64,000 nt of DNA from Felis catus. Lineage: Eukaryota. A model generated the notes under the pieces. That model searched no databases and was not told the DNA's origin. It was given only the letters and a program-made list of their open reading frames with translations. The stretch is taken from NCBI RefSeq assembly GCF_018350175.1, contig NC_058368.1, positions 37,760,001-37,824,000 of the forward strand, written 5' to 3'. This document shows positions 25,236-36,076 of the stretch, piece by piece (position 1 is the stretch's first letter; each line of letters starts with the position of its first letter). Position numbers and translations under genes: made by a program.

Positions 25236-25450
25236 ATTTGACACGAGCAGCCATGACAGTGAGTTATGAAAGATGCATTAGTGCAAACACATGTCTGTAA
25301 TCAGACAAGATTACAGACCAGAGATGGTCTGCACATGCGTATGGGCTTCTGTTGGCGGCTCTGTGGATATTGTTTATGTTTGATCTTCAGTGTTTTGTGG
25401 ATGACTTGTACTTTGGGAATTAAATAAAAATGATTTATATTTTACTGATT
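25236..25450 (+). other. Candidate terminal exon (or 23-nt exon 25236-25258)
   Basis: Acceptor TTCTTGTTTAGTTTTCTCAG|; internal donor CA|GTGAGT at 25259; frame FDTSSHDSEL* (TGA 25267-25269); AATAAA 25423-25428; retained CpGs. Confidence 0.4.
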
Positions 25451-26258
25451 ACCTCTACAAGTTTATTTAACTCATCATTAATTACGCCAAGTACAAAAAA
25501 AAAGAGACTATCTTACTTAAGGGATACATTATTTTCTCATCTTAAGCAAAAGTTCAAAGTTAAGTGCATTGAAAATAATTTTTACAAAATGTGTTCTTTT
25601 GATTTTTCTTGGGAAACTTATTTTGGATGATTTTTAAAACTTGATTATGCTATTATGTCTTTCTATAATACATTAGCATAATGTTCACAAGTAACTATTA
25701 CTCACAAATGAATTATAAAGTTAAATATTACCACCTTTTTATGTTACTTGAAAATTTGATTTTTTCATTCTTAATATTATTCTAGTTACTCTTAACTCTG
25801 TATTGAAATAGTGTCATTTTTTACTATTGTTTTTATGAATACAACAGAAGTATATATGCAGTATATATATCTGCATAAAGTATATATCTTCATAAAGATA
25901 CAGTCAGTATACCTATATTAAAATTTCACAGAAACATTAGGAAAAATGGTCTCAACAGCTCTATAGGAGGCAACAGTGAAAAAGAAAATAAAGTCAAAAA
26001 CACTGCTATAGGGGAAAAAAACCTCATGATTTGTACCGGTTTTTATTTTCATATTAAATTTTTAGAAAAGAATGAACCTGAAATATAATTATTCACCAAA
26101 GTTTCAATTGATGAAATATATTTTAAAAAATATAGAAAAATGAAGTTATATTTGGATTACAGACTGAAGAGGGAACACATAAAAAAAATCCGATTCAGTA
26201 GTTTACGCTATAATTATTTCCCTAATAGATTTGCAAGGCTGTTTTTCCCCTGAGATAC

Positions 26259-26615
26259 TATCTTAGTCTGCTTGGGCTGTTATAACAAGATACCAAAGGC
26301 TGAGTTAAACAACAAATACTTTGCACAGAGCCAGGGAAGTCTAAAAACAAAGTGCCAGCAGATTCAGTGTGTGGTGAAGGCCCACTTTCTAGTTTATAGA
26401 TGGCCATCTTCTCATGTGTCCTCACATAACAGAAGGGACAAGAGAGCTCTCTGGGGTCTTCTTTATAAGGGTACTTATTAATCTGATTCATGAGAGCTTT
26501 ACCCTCATGACCTGATCACCTCCAAAGTGATCATCTCTTAATACCATTACACTAAGTGTTAGGACTTCAGAATATCCATTTGGGGGTGGGAGGCACAGAC
26601 ATTCAATCTTTAGCA
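26259..26615 (-). mobile_element. MaLR solo LTR (MLT1A-like)
   Basis: TATCTTAGTCTGCTTGGGCTGTTATAACAA...ACATTCAATCTTTAGCA; 5-bp TSD GATAC. Confidence 0.92.
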
Positions 26616-26913
26616 GATACTAAGCTTATAATTTGAAACATTGCCTGTAGATGGAATGTGATACCTAAGTTATTATATAGGTAGGTCAGAAAGAAATCTT
26701 GTTTCTTAATTAACTGAGTCTTAATATATTGACCACTATTCCTGAAGGTCATGACTTTCCTAGGAAATAAGTGACATTAAAATAGTTCATCATTAGTAGT
26801 CATTGTTAATATTGTCTAACATAACCTCTAGGAAGAATTCATGTCCGACTTACTGTGGCTGCTTCTTCCCATCTCAATCCTGACTTTCTAAATCCCTAAG
26901 AAAAAGGAGTACC

Positions 26914-27030
26914 TTTTTTTTTTTTTTTTTTAAGTAATCTGTACTTTCTGTACTTCCAACATGGGGCTTGAAGATACAACCCTGAGATCAAGAGTCACAC
27001 GTTCTACCAACAGCTTGCCAACCTCCCTCA
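26914..27030 (-). mobile_element. Short old carnivore SINE (SINEC_old type)
   Basis: TAAGTAATCT...CCAACATGGGGCTTGAA...GAGATCAAGAGTCAC with T-tail. Confidence 0.75.
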
Positions 27031-28599
27031 CCCCCACCTTTTTAAAGTAATTGCTATGAAAAGGAGTTCTTTTAAAAGTGCAGGAAACAACACTTCCACA
27101 GTCCGCAGAAGTGAAGTTTTATTTTCAGTAAAGAAGAGAAAACTGGTTTATCTTCAATATAGAATGGCCACCTCTCTTCCTTCTCTCTCTCTCTGCTGAT
27201 AATTTCTTCTCCATCTTTTCCTTTATTCCTTTGCATTCCAAGATAACATACTTTTAAAATTCTTCTCTGGTGAAATAACACAGCCAAGGAACTCTCCCTT
27301 CTTAAGAAGAAGCCCAGAAACCCTTATCTTCTTATCTTCTTTGTTCTGTAAGTATCTCTTGTTTATTTGGAAATTCAAATGAGAATTTGAGTGAAACCAG
27401 GGTAAATATCAAAACTGAGGGATTTCAAAAGCTGATTTTAAGTTTTAGGCCTTAAGCTAGAGGAGCAATGGAGTATTTAAGGCCTGTTCAAGTGGAGTTC
27501 CTAGGGAGTAGACTACAGAGGAGCTGGCAGCCAAGTTCCTCCCTAGGAATGAGGTATTGCATATGTCTGGAGTGTCTCTGTACGCTTATCCACCAATGGA
27601 GTGACAGGGGTGGTCATAGACACAGCATACAGCTGGCTGGCACTTCAGACATTGAAGAAACTAGCCAGATCTTCTCATGGGACCTGTCTGACATCTGCTG
27701 TAGCTTGGCAAACTTGTGTAAGGATCTGTGAGGTGGACTCACCTAGGAATTTAAAACTGTAAAAAGCAGCTACATCTTTTAAACAGTCAACTCCTACCAT
27801 AGGGGAAAGTGCCTGAATTGCTGGATAATATGTATTGTTGGATCTTTTTATGATCCTCTGCTATTCTAGAGCCTGAGGAAAACTCGTCTGAGCCTCCCAA
27901 ACAATAAATGAGTGACGATTTTATAGTAATTTCATATACACATAAAAAGTGAGTGGTGTATAAAGTTGTATCAGGACTGATGTAAACTAATAGCAAGAAC
28001 ATATGCATGACTAATGGATCATGCACGACGATGAGCAAGCAGGCTATAGTATTAGAAGAGAAATAAAGCTAAGTTATAAATTATATTCTGTTCAAAATGG
28101 GTAAAGTTTGATGGTATAAATGTAATTTTGTTTGGCTCTGGTGATTCTAGTTACTACTTTTTTCTCTAATTTAGCCATGGCTCAAAGCTTTGCATTATAA
28201 AGTATAAAAGTAATTTATTTCTGTTGGCATATTCATGTTAAGCATATGAGTTCACTTGCTAACTATGTGTCAGGAGATGAAAGGAACACATGACTGATAA
28301 GGGGAACAAGAGGACTTTGGGGCAAGTAAGGTGACCACTGTTTCAAATTCCTAAATTTTGAAATAATTTACATGCTTTTTCCAGGGGAGGCACTAAAAGT
28401 TTAGCAGATCTTTGTTTCACATAAGTGGACCATTTGTTAGTGAATTAGCTTATATTCGAGATATTTTCTTATTAGATACATTTGACTACTTGATTCTTAT
28501 TTTTGGAATATCACAGATATACTAAGATTTATCAGGACTTCTGTCTTTTAGGTGGTGCTCTATCATTTGTAATTTTAGAGTATAGAAGGACCATGATAC

Positions 28600-29010
28600 T
28601 ATTTTTCTTAGTATTTAGGATTTAAGCTAGAGTGATAAACTCAATTCTCATGGCTTATAGATAGATCTTTGTGAACCAGTCTTCACAAAATAAAAAACTG
28701 TACCATTTTCTTCTTTGGGATGTAATTGAATGGGAGATAAAAAGACAGGCTTGCTTTTTGTGTCTTTGGATGTTGTTATGGAAGCAAATACTTATTTTTG
28801 CCTAAGCCATCTTACAAAAGTGAATGGAGATGTTAGAACACATTGAGGTTGGAAGGGTTGAAATATGGAAAGCACCAGATACTTGATCATTGAATCAGTG
28901 GAACAAACTCAAAAGTCCTCCGGAGCTTATCTTATTCTCTGAGTAAATAAATTATTTAATCCACTGTTAATTTGGTTTGTGTTACTTGCAGTAAAAATCA
29001 TCTTGATACA
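28600..29010 (+). mobile_element. Old MaLR LTR (MLT1I/J-like)
   Basis: Ends AATAAA...TTTAATCCACTGTTAATTTGGTTTGTGTTACTTGCAGTAAAAATCATCTTGATACA; start approximate. Confidence 0.6.
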
Positions 29011-30759
29011 CCTAGGAAGAAAAGGTGTTGCAAGATGGAAGGAGTGTTATACCATATTAAATAATTTTGAGAAGTCATTGAAGCAGCCAGTCAAGACATA
29101 AAAACCGTTTTAGAAAGACGATCAGATCAGGGAAGAGGCTAGAGCTCTCCATACATATGAATGCTGAGCTGGCAGGATAGTCCTGGAATCAATATATGGC
29201 CGAATCTTGTTGCTGTTATTACTTGGTCCTGGTTATGCTAGAGAAGAACGTCCACACTTGCCTAATCTTTCCACTTAAAAAGCCCCACACCCCAGGCATT
29301 GTGATCCTTCAACAGGTGATGTCACTCTCTTTTCGATCTCTCTTAATTGCCTTAAAAGGAAAAGATGACCAACGGGTGGTTTACATACCCACTAATCCTG
29401 TCTCCAGGATTTAATGTTGTTCGTGATGGTCTAGAAAGTGTGTTTTCTGGCCATTCGGTCTCATTTACACTGCATTTCCTTCCTATCTCCCTCTTTCCCC
29501 CCATTCTTCTTTTCCTTCTTATTTGATTCATTTACAAAAGATTGTAATTGGCAGCGATACGCAATAGAAAGTGATAGCATAAGAAAAATAAGAATAATGT
29601 GGAGAAAATAATAAATAAAACTGTGAAAAAAAGACAGAGTTAATAAACACACAAATATAAATAAAGCATGTCCAAATAGTACTTTCATAAATAATTTTTA
29701 AGAATACTCCAAGATAAAATACTTTAAAAAGTCATTTGGAAACTATCTTAATTGATCCATTGGTAAATTTCAATATATGCCAAATAGTACCAGGAAAGAT
29801 TGGCTAGAAAATATGTTTTGTTGTTTTTTATTTTGAAAAGAGTGATTTTAAGCCTTTTTTTTTTCTGATGGCGCTTAGAGAAAGGGGCCAGTTTTCTATT
29901 AGAGCCACTTAATATTTATGATAAAAAGGACTATGCTTGTTTTTTTTAAAGCACACATTTTCCATCTTTATTTTATGGCAAGGTAAAGGGTTAAAAATAT
30001 ATCCCACTTATTCAGAAACTGTTCAATTTATTATTAGGAATTTTTAAGGATTTTATAATCTGAGAGTCATTAAACTTCCTGTACAACCACATATACTAAG
30101 AAGACAGATAGTAATTCTAACGTGACGTTTTACAAAGATGCCTGCAAGAGTCAAAAGATAGCATTACTTCAGTTGAAATACAGTTGCACATTATTTTAAT
30201 ACATAATTTTTCGCAGCTTCCAGTAAATGGTGACTCACAAGCAGGTCACATTTATGCAAAGAAGTAAGGGACAAAGTGCCTATACTTTCCTTTGCCAGAA
30301 ATCTGGCAGAAGAGAGGGAGGGAGGGGTTTAAGCTCTACTCTTAGTAATTAAATAGAAGTAAAGTAGAATTTTTTTTCCTTGAGGACTTTTATGGAAATT
30401 AGGAAATCGCTAGCCCCAGAAGAAGATCCATGCTGAGGTCTCTTGAGACTGACCTATTAAATTGGTGTTTTCCTTTCACTCAGCTCAGGTCACTCTGCAT
30501 CACTATTATTTATGCTTCTGGATTTTTCATGGTTACCTACTGTTAGAAATTCTTTGTCTAAGAATGCAGCCAGGCTGCTTTCAAGCATAATTTAACTCCT
30601 CATTCTCATTTTAATTCCTTACTAAAAATTAATCTAAAATTAAACATATATCTTAAAGTCAAAATCATGCTATAATTTATATTCTTCATGTCGAAAGCCC
30701 TCAATATTTAAATCAATTCACACTACCTATTTAGGTAAGTTGTAAATAGTTAAAGCAAA

Positions 30760-31745
30760 TTTTTTAAAATTTTAAATTCCAGTAAAGTTAACATAGAGTG
30801 TTGTATTAATTTCAAATTAATATTAATAACAAATTGAAATTAGTATTAATAACTAATTCAAATTAGTATTAATAACAAAACTATTATACACCTGTATATA
30901 TCAGGTGTATAATACAGTGATTCAACACTTCCGTATAACACCCAGTGCTCATCACAACAAGTACACTCCTTAATACCCATCCCCTGTTTCCCCCATTCCC
31001 CCACCCCTCTGGCAACCCTCAGTTTGTTCTGTATAATTAAGAGTCTGTTTCTTGGTTTGTCTCTCTCCTTTTTCTTTCCCCTTCGTCATTTGTTTTGTTT
31101 CTTAAATTCCACGTGAGTGAGATCATATAGTATTTGTTTCTCTGACTTGTTTTGTTTAGCATTATGCTCTCTAACTCCGTTTACACTATTGCAAGTGGCA
31201 AGATTTCATTTTTTATAGCTTAATGTTGCATTGTATGTGTGTATATATACACTATCATACGTATATTTATACATCCCATATACATATACCACCTGTTCTT
31301 TACCCATTCATTTATCGATGGACACTTAAGCTGCTTCAATAACTTGGCTATTGTAAGTAATGCTACTAAACACATAGAGGTACGTGTATTCATATTCTTT
31401 GGGTAAATACTCAGTAGTGCAGTTACTGGGTCATAGGGTAGTTCTGTTTTTAATGTTTTGAGGAACTTCCATACTCTTTTCCGCAGTGGCTCCACCAGTT
31501 TGCATTCCCACCAGCAGTGCACAAGGATTCCTTTTCCTCCACATCCTTGCCAACACTTGTGTCTTGAGTTTTTGATTTTAGCCATTCTGACAGGTGTAAG
31601 GTAATACTTCATTACAGTTTTTATTTGCATTTCCTTGATGATGAGTGATGTTGAGCATCTTTTCATGTGTCTCTTGGCCATCTGGATATCTTCTTTGGAA
31701 AATCTGTTCATATCTTCTGCCCATTTTTTAAAATTAGATTCTTTT
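30760..31745 (-). mobile_element. Carnivore L1 3' end (5'-truncated)
   Basis: ORF 31220-31711 is the ORF2 C-terminal region ([26 protein letters not shown]); 3'UTR to ~30760. Confidence 0.92.
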
Positions 31746-32775
31746 TAAAAATGTCTTGAATTCCTAATATCATGAAATAATTATACCTGGCTTTATTGGG
31801 GTTATGTAAGTAAATATGGAGTAAGTTATAATGAGATATGTGTATGTATGAGCTCAAACATGTGATTTTCAGATCACATATTAATTACTTTTTATGTCTT
31901 TAGATTTTTTACTTAAATGCTTAATTATTTGATTGTGACAAGTATTTTCTTTTAGGGGTAATAGTAAAAATTGTTTTTCATTACAAATTTGTTACATCAA
32001 CAAATAGCAATACTGATTTTTATTTCTAAAAATGATTTCAGGACAATGGAAATAGTATCACAACTCTAAATAAATACATCACATAGGTGATGCTCAAAAT
32101 TTCGCTCTCAAAATCTAAGACTGAGGTAATTGATTCGTGTTTAAACACAACTATGTATAAGAGTATTTTAAGGTACATCATTATTTCTTAAAAAAATTGA
32201 GTGATTTAAAAGCAGATTCAACTATGATACGGGATTTATAATGAATAGAGACATTGAATATAAGAAAAGGAAGATGAGAGAACATATAAATTGGACCCAC
32301 TGTCCAGTATCACAAGGTTGTAGTCTTTTACTTTCAATCTAGCTATTGAAAGAGTTCCTTACTGTGTATTCTGCTGAGTACTTTAGAAATTTTTATCCTA
32401 GTATCCATAATAATCACATGTTTGATTGCCAGTCTGTTTTCCCCAATCATCTATGACCTCTTTGATGCCCTTGGAGACAGAAAGTGTCATGTGAGTCTAG
32501 GATATGGTTGATTTTGAGTAAATGCTTGTGGAATGCTTCCACTTAATGATCGCTAATGCTAACACTTAAAATCTTTAAATGTATGTATGTACTGCATTTG
32601 CATCTGTGGCCATTGTCCTTGGTACTCTGTTTCTCTCTTTAATTATAGAATATGTCCTCCGTGAACGGTGTTGCACTTGGTGCTTCACGTACTCCTAATA
32701 ATTTAGCAAAGTTTTGGTTAGATGGTTAATGTCCATAAATACTGTCTGATTGATATATTTATTTAGTAGGAAACA

Positions 32776-32886
32776 TTTTTTAAAGGTTTTGTTTTTAAGT
32801 AATCTCTACAACCAACCTGGGGCTCAAACTTGCAACCCCGAGATCAAGAGTTGCAGGCTCTACAGACTGAGCCAGCCAGGCACCCC
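32776..32886 (-). mobile_element. Short old carnivore SINE (SINEC_old type)
   Basis: AAGTAATCTCTACA...GAGATCAAGAGTTGCAGGCTCTACAGACTGAGCCAGCCAGGCACCCC. Confidence 0.85.
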
Positions 32887-33164
32887 TAATAGAACACTTC
32901 TGTAGGTAAAGATGTGCCTATTTGTATACATTGCAAGAGTGTCAAAAAAACATGAAAAATGTATTCACTTTACAACAAATAATCATCATTTTTTCTTAAG
33001 TAGTCAAGTAAAAGTGAAACCAGTTTTGAACTGCATTATAATTAAACTTGATTACTGCTAATCCACATGAAAGTGTGTAATAAGGTTCCAGTGATAAGTA
33101 TTTTAGAATCAAATATTAAATGTGCATGGTATTTCATAGTAATATAGTATATAATAAAGCAAGT

Positions 33165-34595
33165 AATCAGTGGAGCCAAGAATATCTAATAGGCCAAGAA
33201 TAAGTTCTTCAAACAATGATGCTGAGAATATTTCATGTCTACATGCAAAAGAGTGGAACTGGACCCCTACGTTACACCCTTTGCAAAAAATCAAAACAAA
33301 GGCTTGAACATAAGTCCTGAAATCATAAGACTCTTAGAAGAAAACATAGAAATCAAGCTCCTTGGCATTGGACTAGGCAGTGGTTTTTTAAGTATGACTC
33401 CAAAAGCACAAACAAAAGCAACGGTAAACAAGTGGGATTAAGTATAACTAAACAGCTTCTGCATAGCAAACAAACTGAAAAACAAAATGAAAAAGCAAGC
33501 CATAGAATGAGAAAAGATATTTGCAAGGCACATATCCAACTGTAAGTTCATATCCAAAATCCACAAGGAACTCCTGCAACTCAATAGCAAAGCAAAACAA
33601 AAAGCAAAACCAAAAACCTAAATAACCCAATTTAAAAATGGGCCAATATCCTTAATAGACTTTTTTTTTCCCCAAGGAAGGCATACAAATAGCCAGTGAG
33701 TAAATGAAAAAGTTTCTAATATCACTACTTATCAGGGAAGTGCCAATCAAAACCACAGTGAGATTATCACCTCACACCTTAGGATGTCTATTATCAAAAG
33801 GACAAGAGATAACAAGTGTTGGAGAGGATGTGGAGAGAAAGGAACTCTGTCTTCACTGTTTTTGTGCACTGTTGGTAGTCCATAGCCACTATGGTAAATG
33901 GGATACAGGTTCCTGAAGAAATTAAAATAGAACTAGCATGTGATCCAGAAATCTTACTACTGGGTATATATCCAAAGTAAATGAAATCATTATTTTGAAC
34001 AGATATCTGTACTCGTGTCTTAATTGCAGCACTATTCACAATAGCCCAGGTATAGAAACAACCTGTTTCCATCAATCAATAAATAAAGAGAATGTTGGGT
34101 ATATAAGTACCCCATGGAATATGTTTTAGACTTAAATCCTGCCATTTGGTACAACACAGATGAATCTGGAGGATATTATGCTACGTGAAATAAGCCAGAG
34201 AAAGACAAATATTGCAAGGTATCACTTATGGGTGAATCAAAAAAAAATCAAATTTGTGAAAACAGAAATGGGGAGAGGTTGCTAAAATGGTACAAATTTT
34301 CAGTTAAAAGATGATTACAGTCTGAATATCTAATGTAAAGCAGGGTGACTACGGATGATAATACTGTATAGTATACATGAGAGTTGCTAAGAGAGTTGAT
34401 TTTAATCTTTCTCATCAAAAAATAAAAATAAAAAAGGTAAATATATGAGGTGACACATGTGTTCTGTAACTCAGTTATAAGAATCCTTTCACAATGGATA
34501 TATTGGATATTTATATCAAATCACTACCTTGTATACTCTGTATTAAATTTTATATGTCAATTATACCTTTATACTTCAATAAAGTTAAAAAAAAG
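33165..34595 (+). mobile_element. Older L1 3' portion (L1MA9-like 3'UTR)
   Basis: ORF2 C-terminal homology 33200-34240; 3'UTR GTTGCTAAGAGAGT...AATAAAGTTAAAAAAAA. Confidence 0.85.
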
Positions 34596-34689
34596 CCTCT
34601 CTGATTCTTAACCATGCTTTCTCTTTATACATAATGATTGGGCTTTGTTTCAATGATTTGGAGCTATACTGAACAACTGTGGGTGGGCT

Positions 34690-34902
34690 CAGGTTTCTCA
34701 AACTCGGCACTTTGACAATTCAGATCTGATTTTTTTTGTTGTTGTGAGGGAGAGTTTCCTGTGAATTATAGCATCCTTGACTTCTACCCACTAGATACCA
34801 GACCAGACCCTTGCCCTTTCCCAGTTTTGATACTCAAAAATGTCCTTAAACGTTGAGAAATGTCTCCTGGTGGCAGAAATCATCCACAGTTGAGAACTAT
34901 TC
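34690..34902 (+). mobile_element. MER20 (hAT-Charlie) DNA transposon fossil
   Basis: GTTTCTCAAACTCGGCACTTTGACA...TCTACCCACTAGATACCAG...GTTGAGAACTA. Confidence 0.8.
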
Positions 34903-35100
34903 AGGTGATAGAACAGAAGTATCCCTTTTGGGTTTTTTGTTTGTTTTGAGGACGAAAGAGGTAATTAATGAGTTTAGAATTTGGCACAGAGCTTAGTGCT
35001 TTGTACACGCAATAAATAAAAGTTAATGCTATTATTAACAACTTAGGGTAATTAAGGCTTACTGTTGGACGCTGCTCAGTGAATTAAAAAAATATATCTA

Positions 35101-35222
35101 GGGACACTTGGGTGGCTCAGCTGGTTGAGCACCCAGCTCTTGATTTCAGTTCAGGTCATGATCCCAGAGTGTTGGGATTGAGCCCTGTGTTGGGCTCCAC
35201 ACTGATCATGGAGCCTGCTTAA

Positions 35223-35279
<57 letters not shown>

Positions 35280-35345
35280 CCCCCCCTTCCCCTTCTTGCA
35301 AGCTCTCTGTCTCTACACACACACACACATGCATACACACACACA
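35101..35345 (+). mobile_element. CAN-SINE with expanded (CT)n and (CA)n
   Basis: GGGACACTTGGGTGGCTCAG head; (CT)n 35226-35277. Confidence 0.9.
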
Positions 35346-35755
35346 TATATAGGTATTTATATATGTGTTTCTATATATGTATATTTCTCTAGGTATTATA
35401 CATATTATTTATATTAGCTATTCATTGTGAGTTAGAGCTCTATTTTGATTAGAGCTGAGATCAGTTGTCTCTAGCCATAGAAAATCCATGTTTAGCTTTA
35501 ACTTACAGTAACCATCTGAATTTGAGGCATAGAAACAAATGAAACATACAAACTCCCATAGTTAAGGTCTCAGCAATTATTATTTTTTGTCAGCAATGTT
35601 TTTTTTAATTATTTTATTTATTTTATTTTTTTTTTAAATATGAAATCTATTGTAAAATTGGTTTCCATACAACACCCAGTGCTCCTCCCAACAGGTGCCC
35701 TCCTCAATGCGCATCACCACCTTCCCCATCAACCCTCAGTTCATTCTCAGTTTTT

Positions 35756-35983
35756 TTTTTTTAATTTTTTTTTCTTTCCAACGTTTTTATTTATTTTTGG
35801 GACAGAGAGAGACAGAGCATGAACGGGGGAGGGGCAGAGAGAGAGGGAGACACAGAATCGGAAACAGGCTCCAGGCTCCGAGCCATCAGCCCAGAGCCCG
35901 ACGCGGGGCTCGAACTCACGGACCGCGAGATCGTGACCTGGCTGAAGTCGGACGCTTAACCGACTGCGCCACCCAGGCGCCCC
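35756..35983 (-). mobile_element. Young SINEC_Fc in the L1 3'UTR
   Basis: CpGs intact throughout; TSD CATTCTCAGTTTTT. Confidence 0.97.
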
Positions 35984-36076
35984 ATTCTCAGTTTTTAAGA
36001 GTCTCTTATGGTTTGCCTCCCTCCCTCTCTAACTTTTTTTTTCATTCCCCTCCCCCATGGTCTTCTGTTAAGTTTC

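Noticed and set aside
30812..30880. CRISPR-like repeats
   Set aside because: Contiguous tandem units without spacers, in a mammalian L1; no CRISPR, operon or other prokaryotic system anywhere in the window
32820..32886. tRNA gene
   Set aside because: tRNA-derived SINE head with A-rich tail; degenerate
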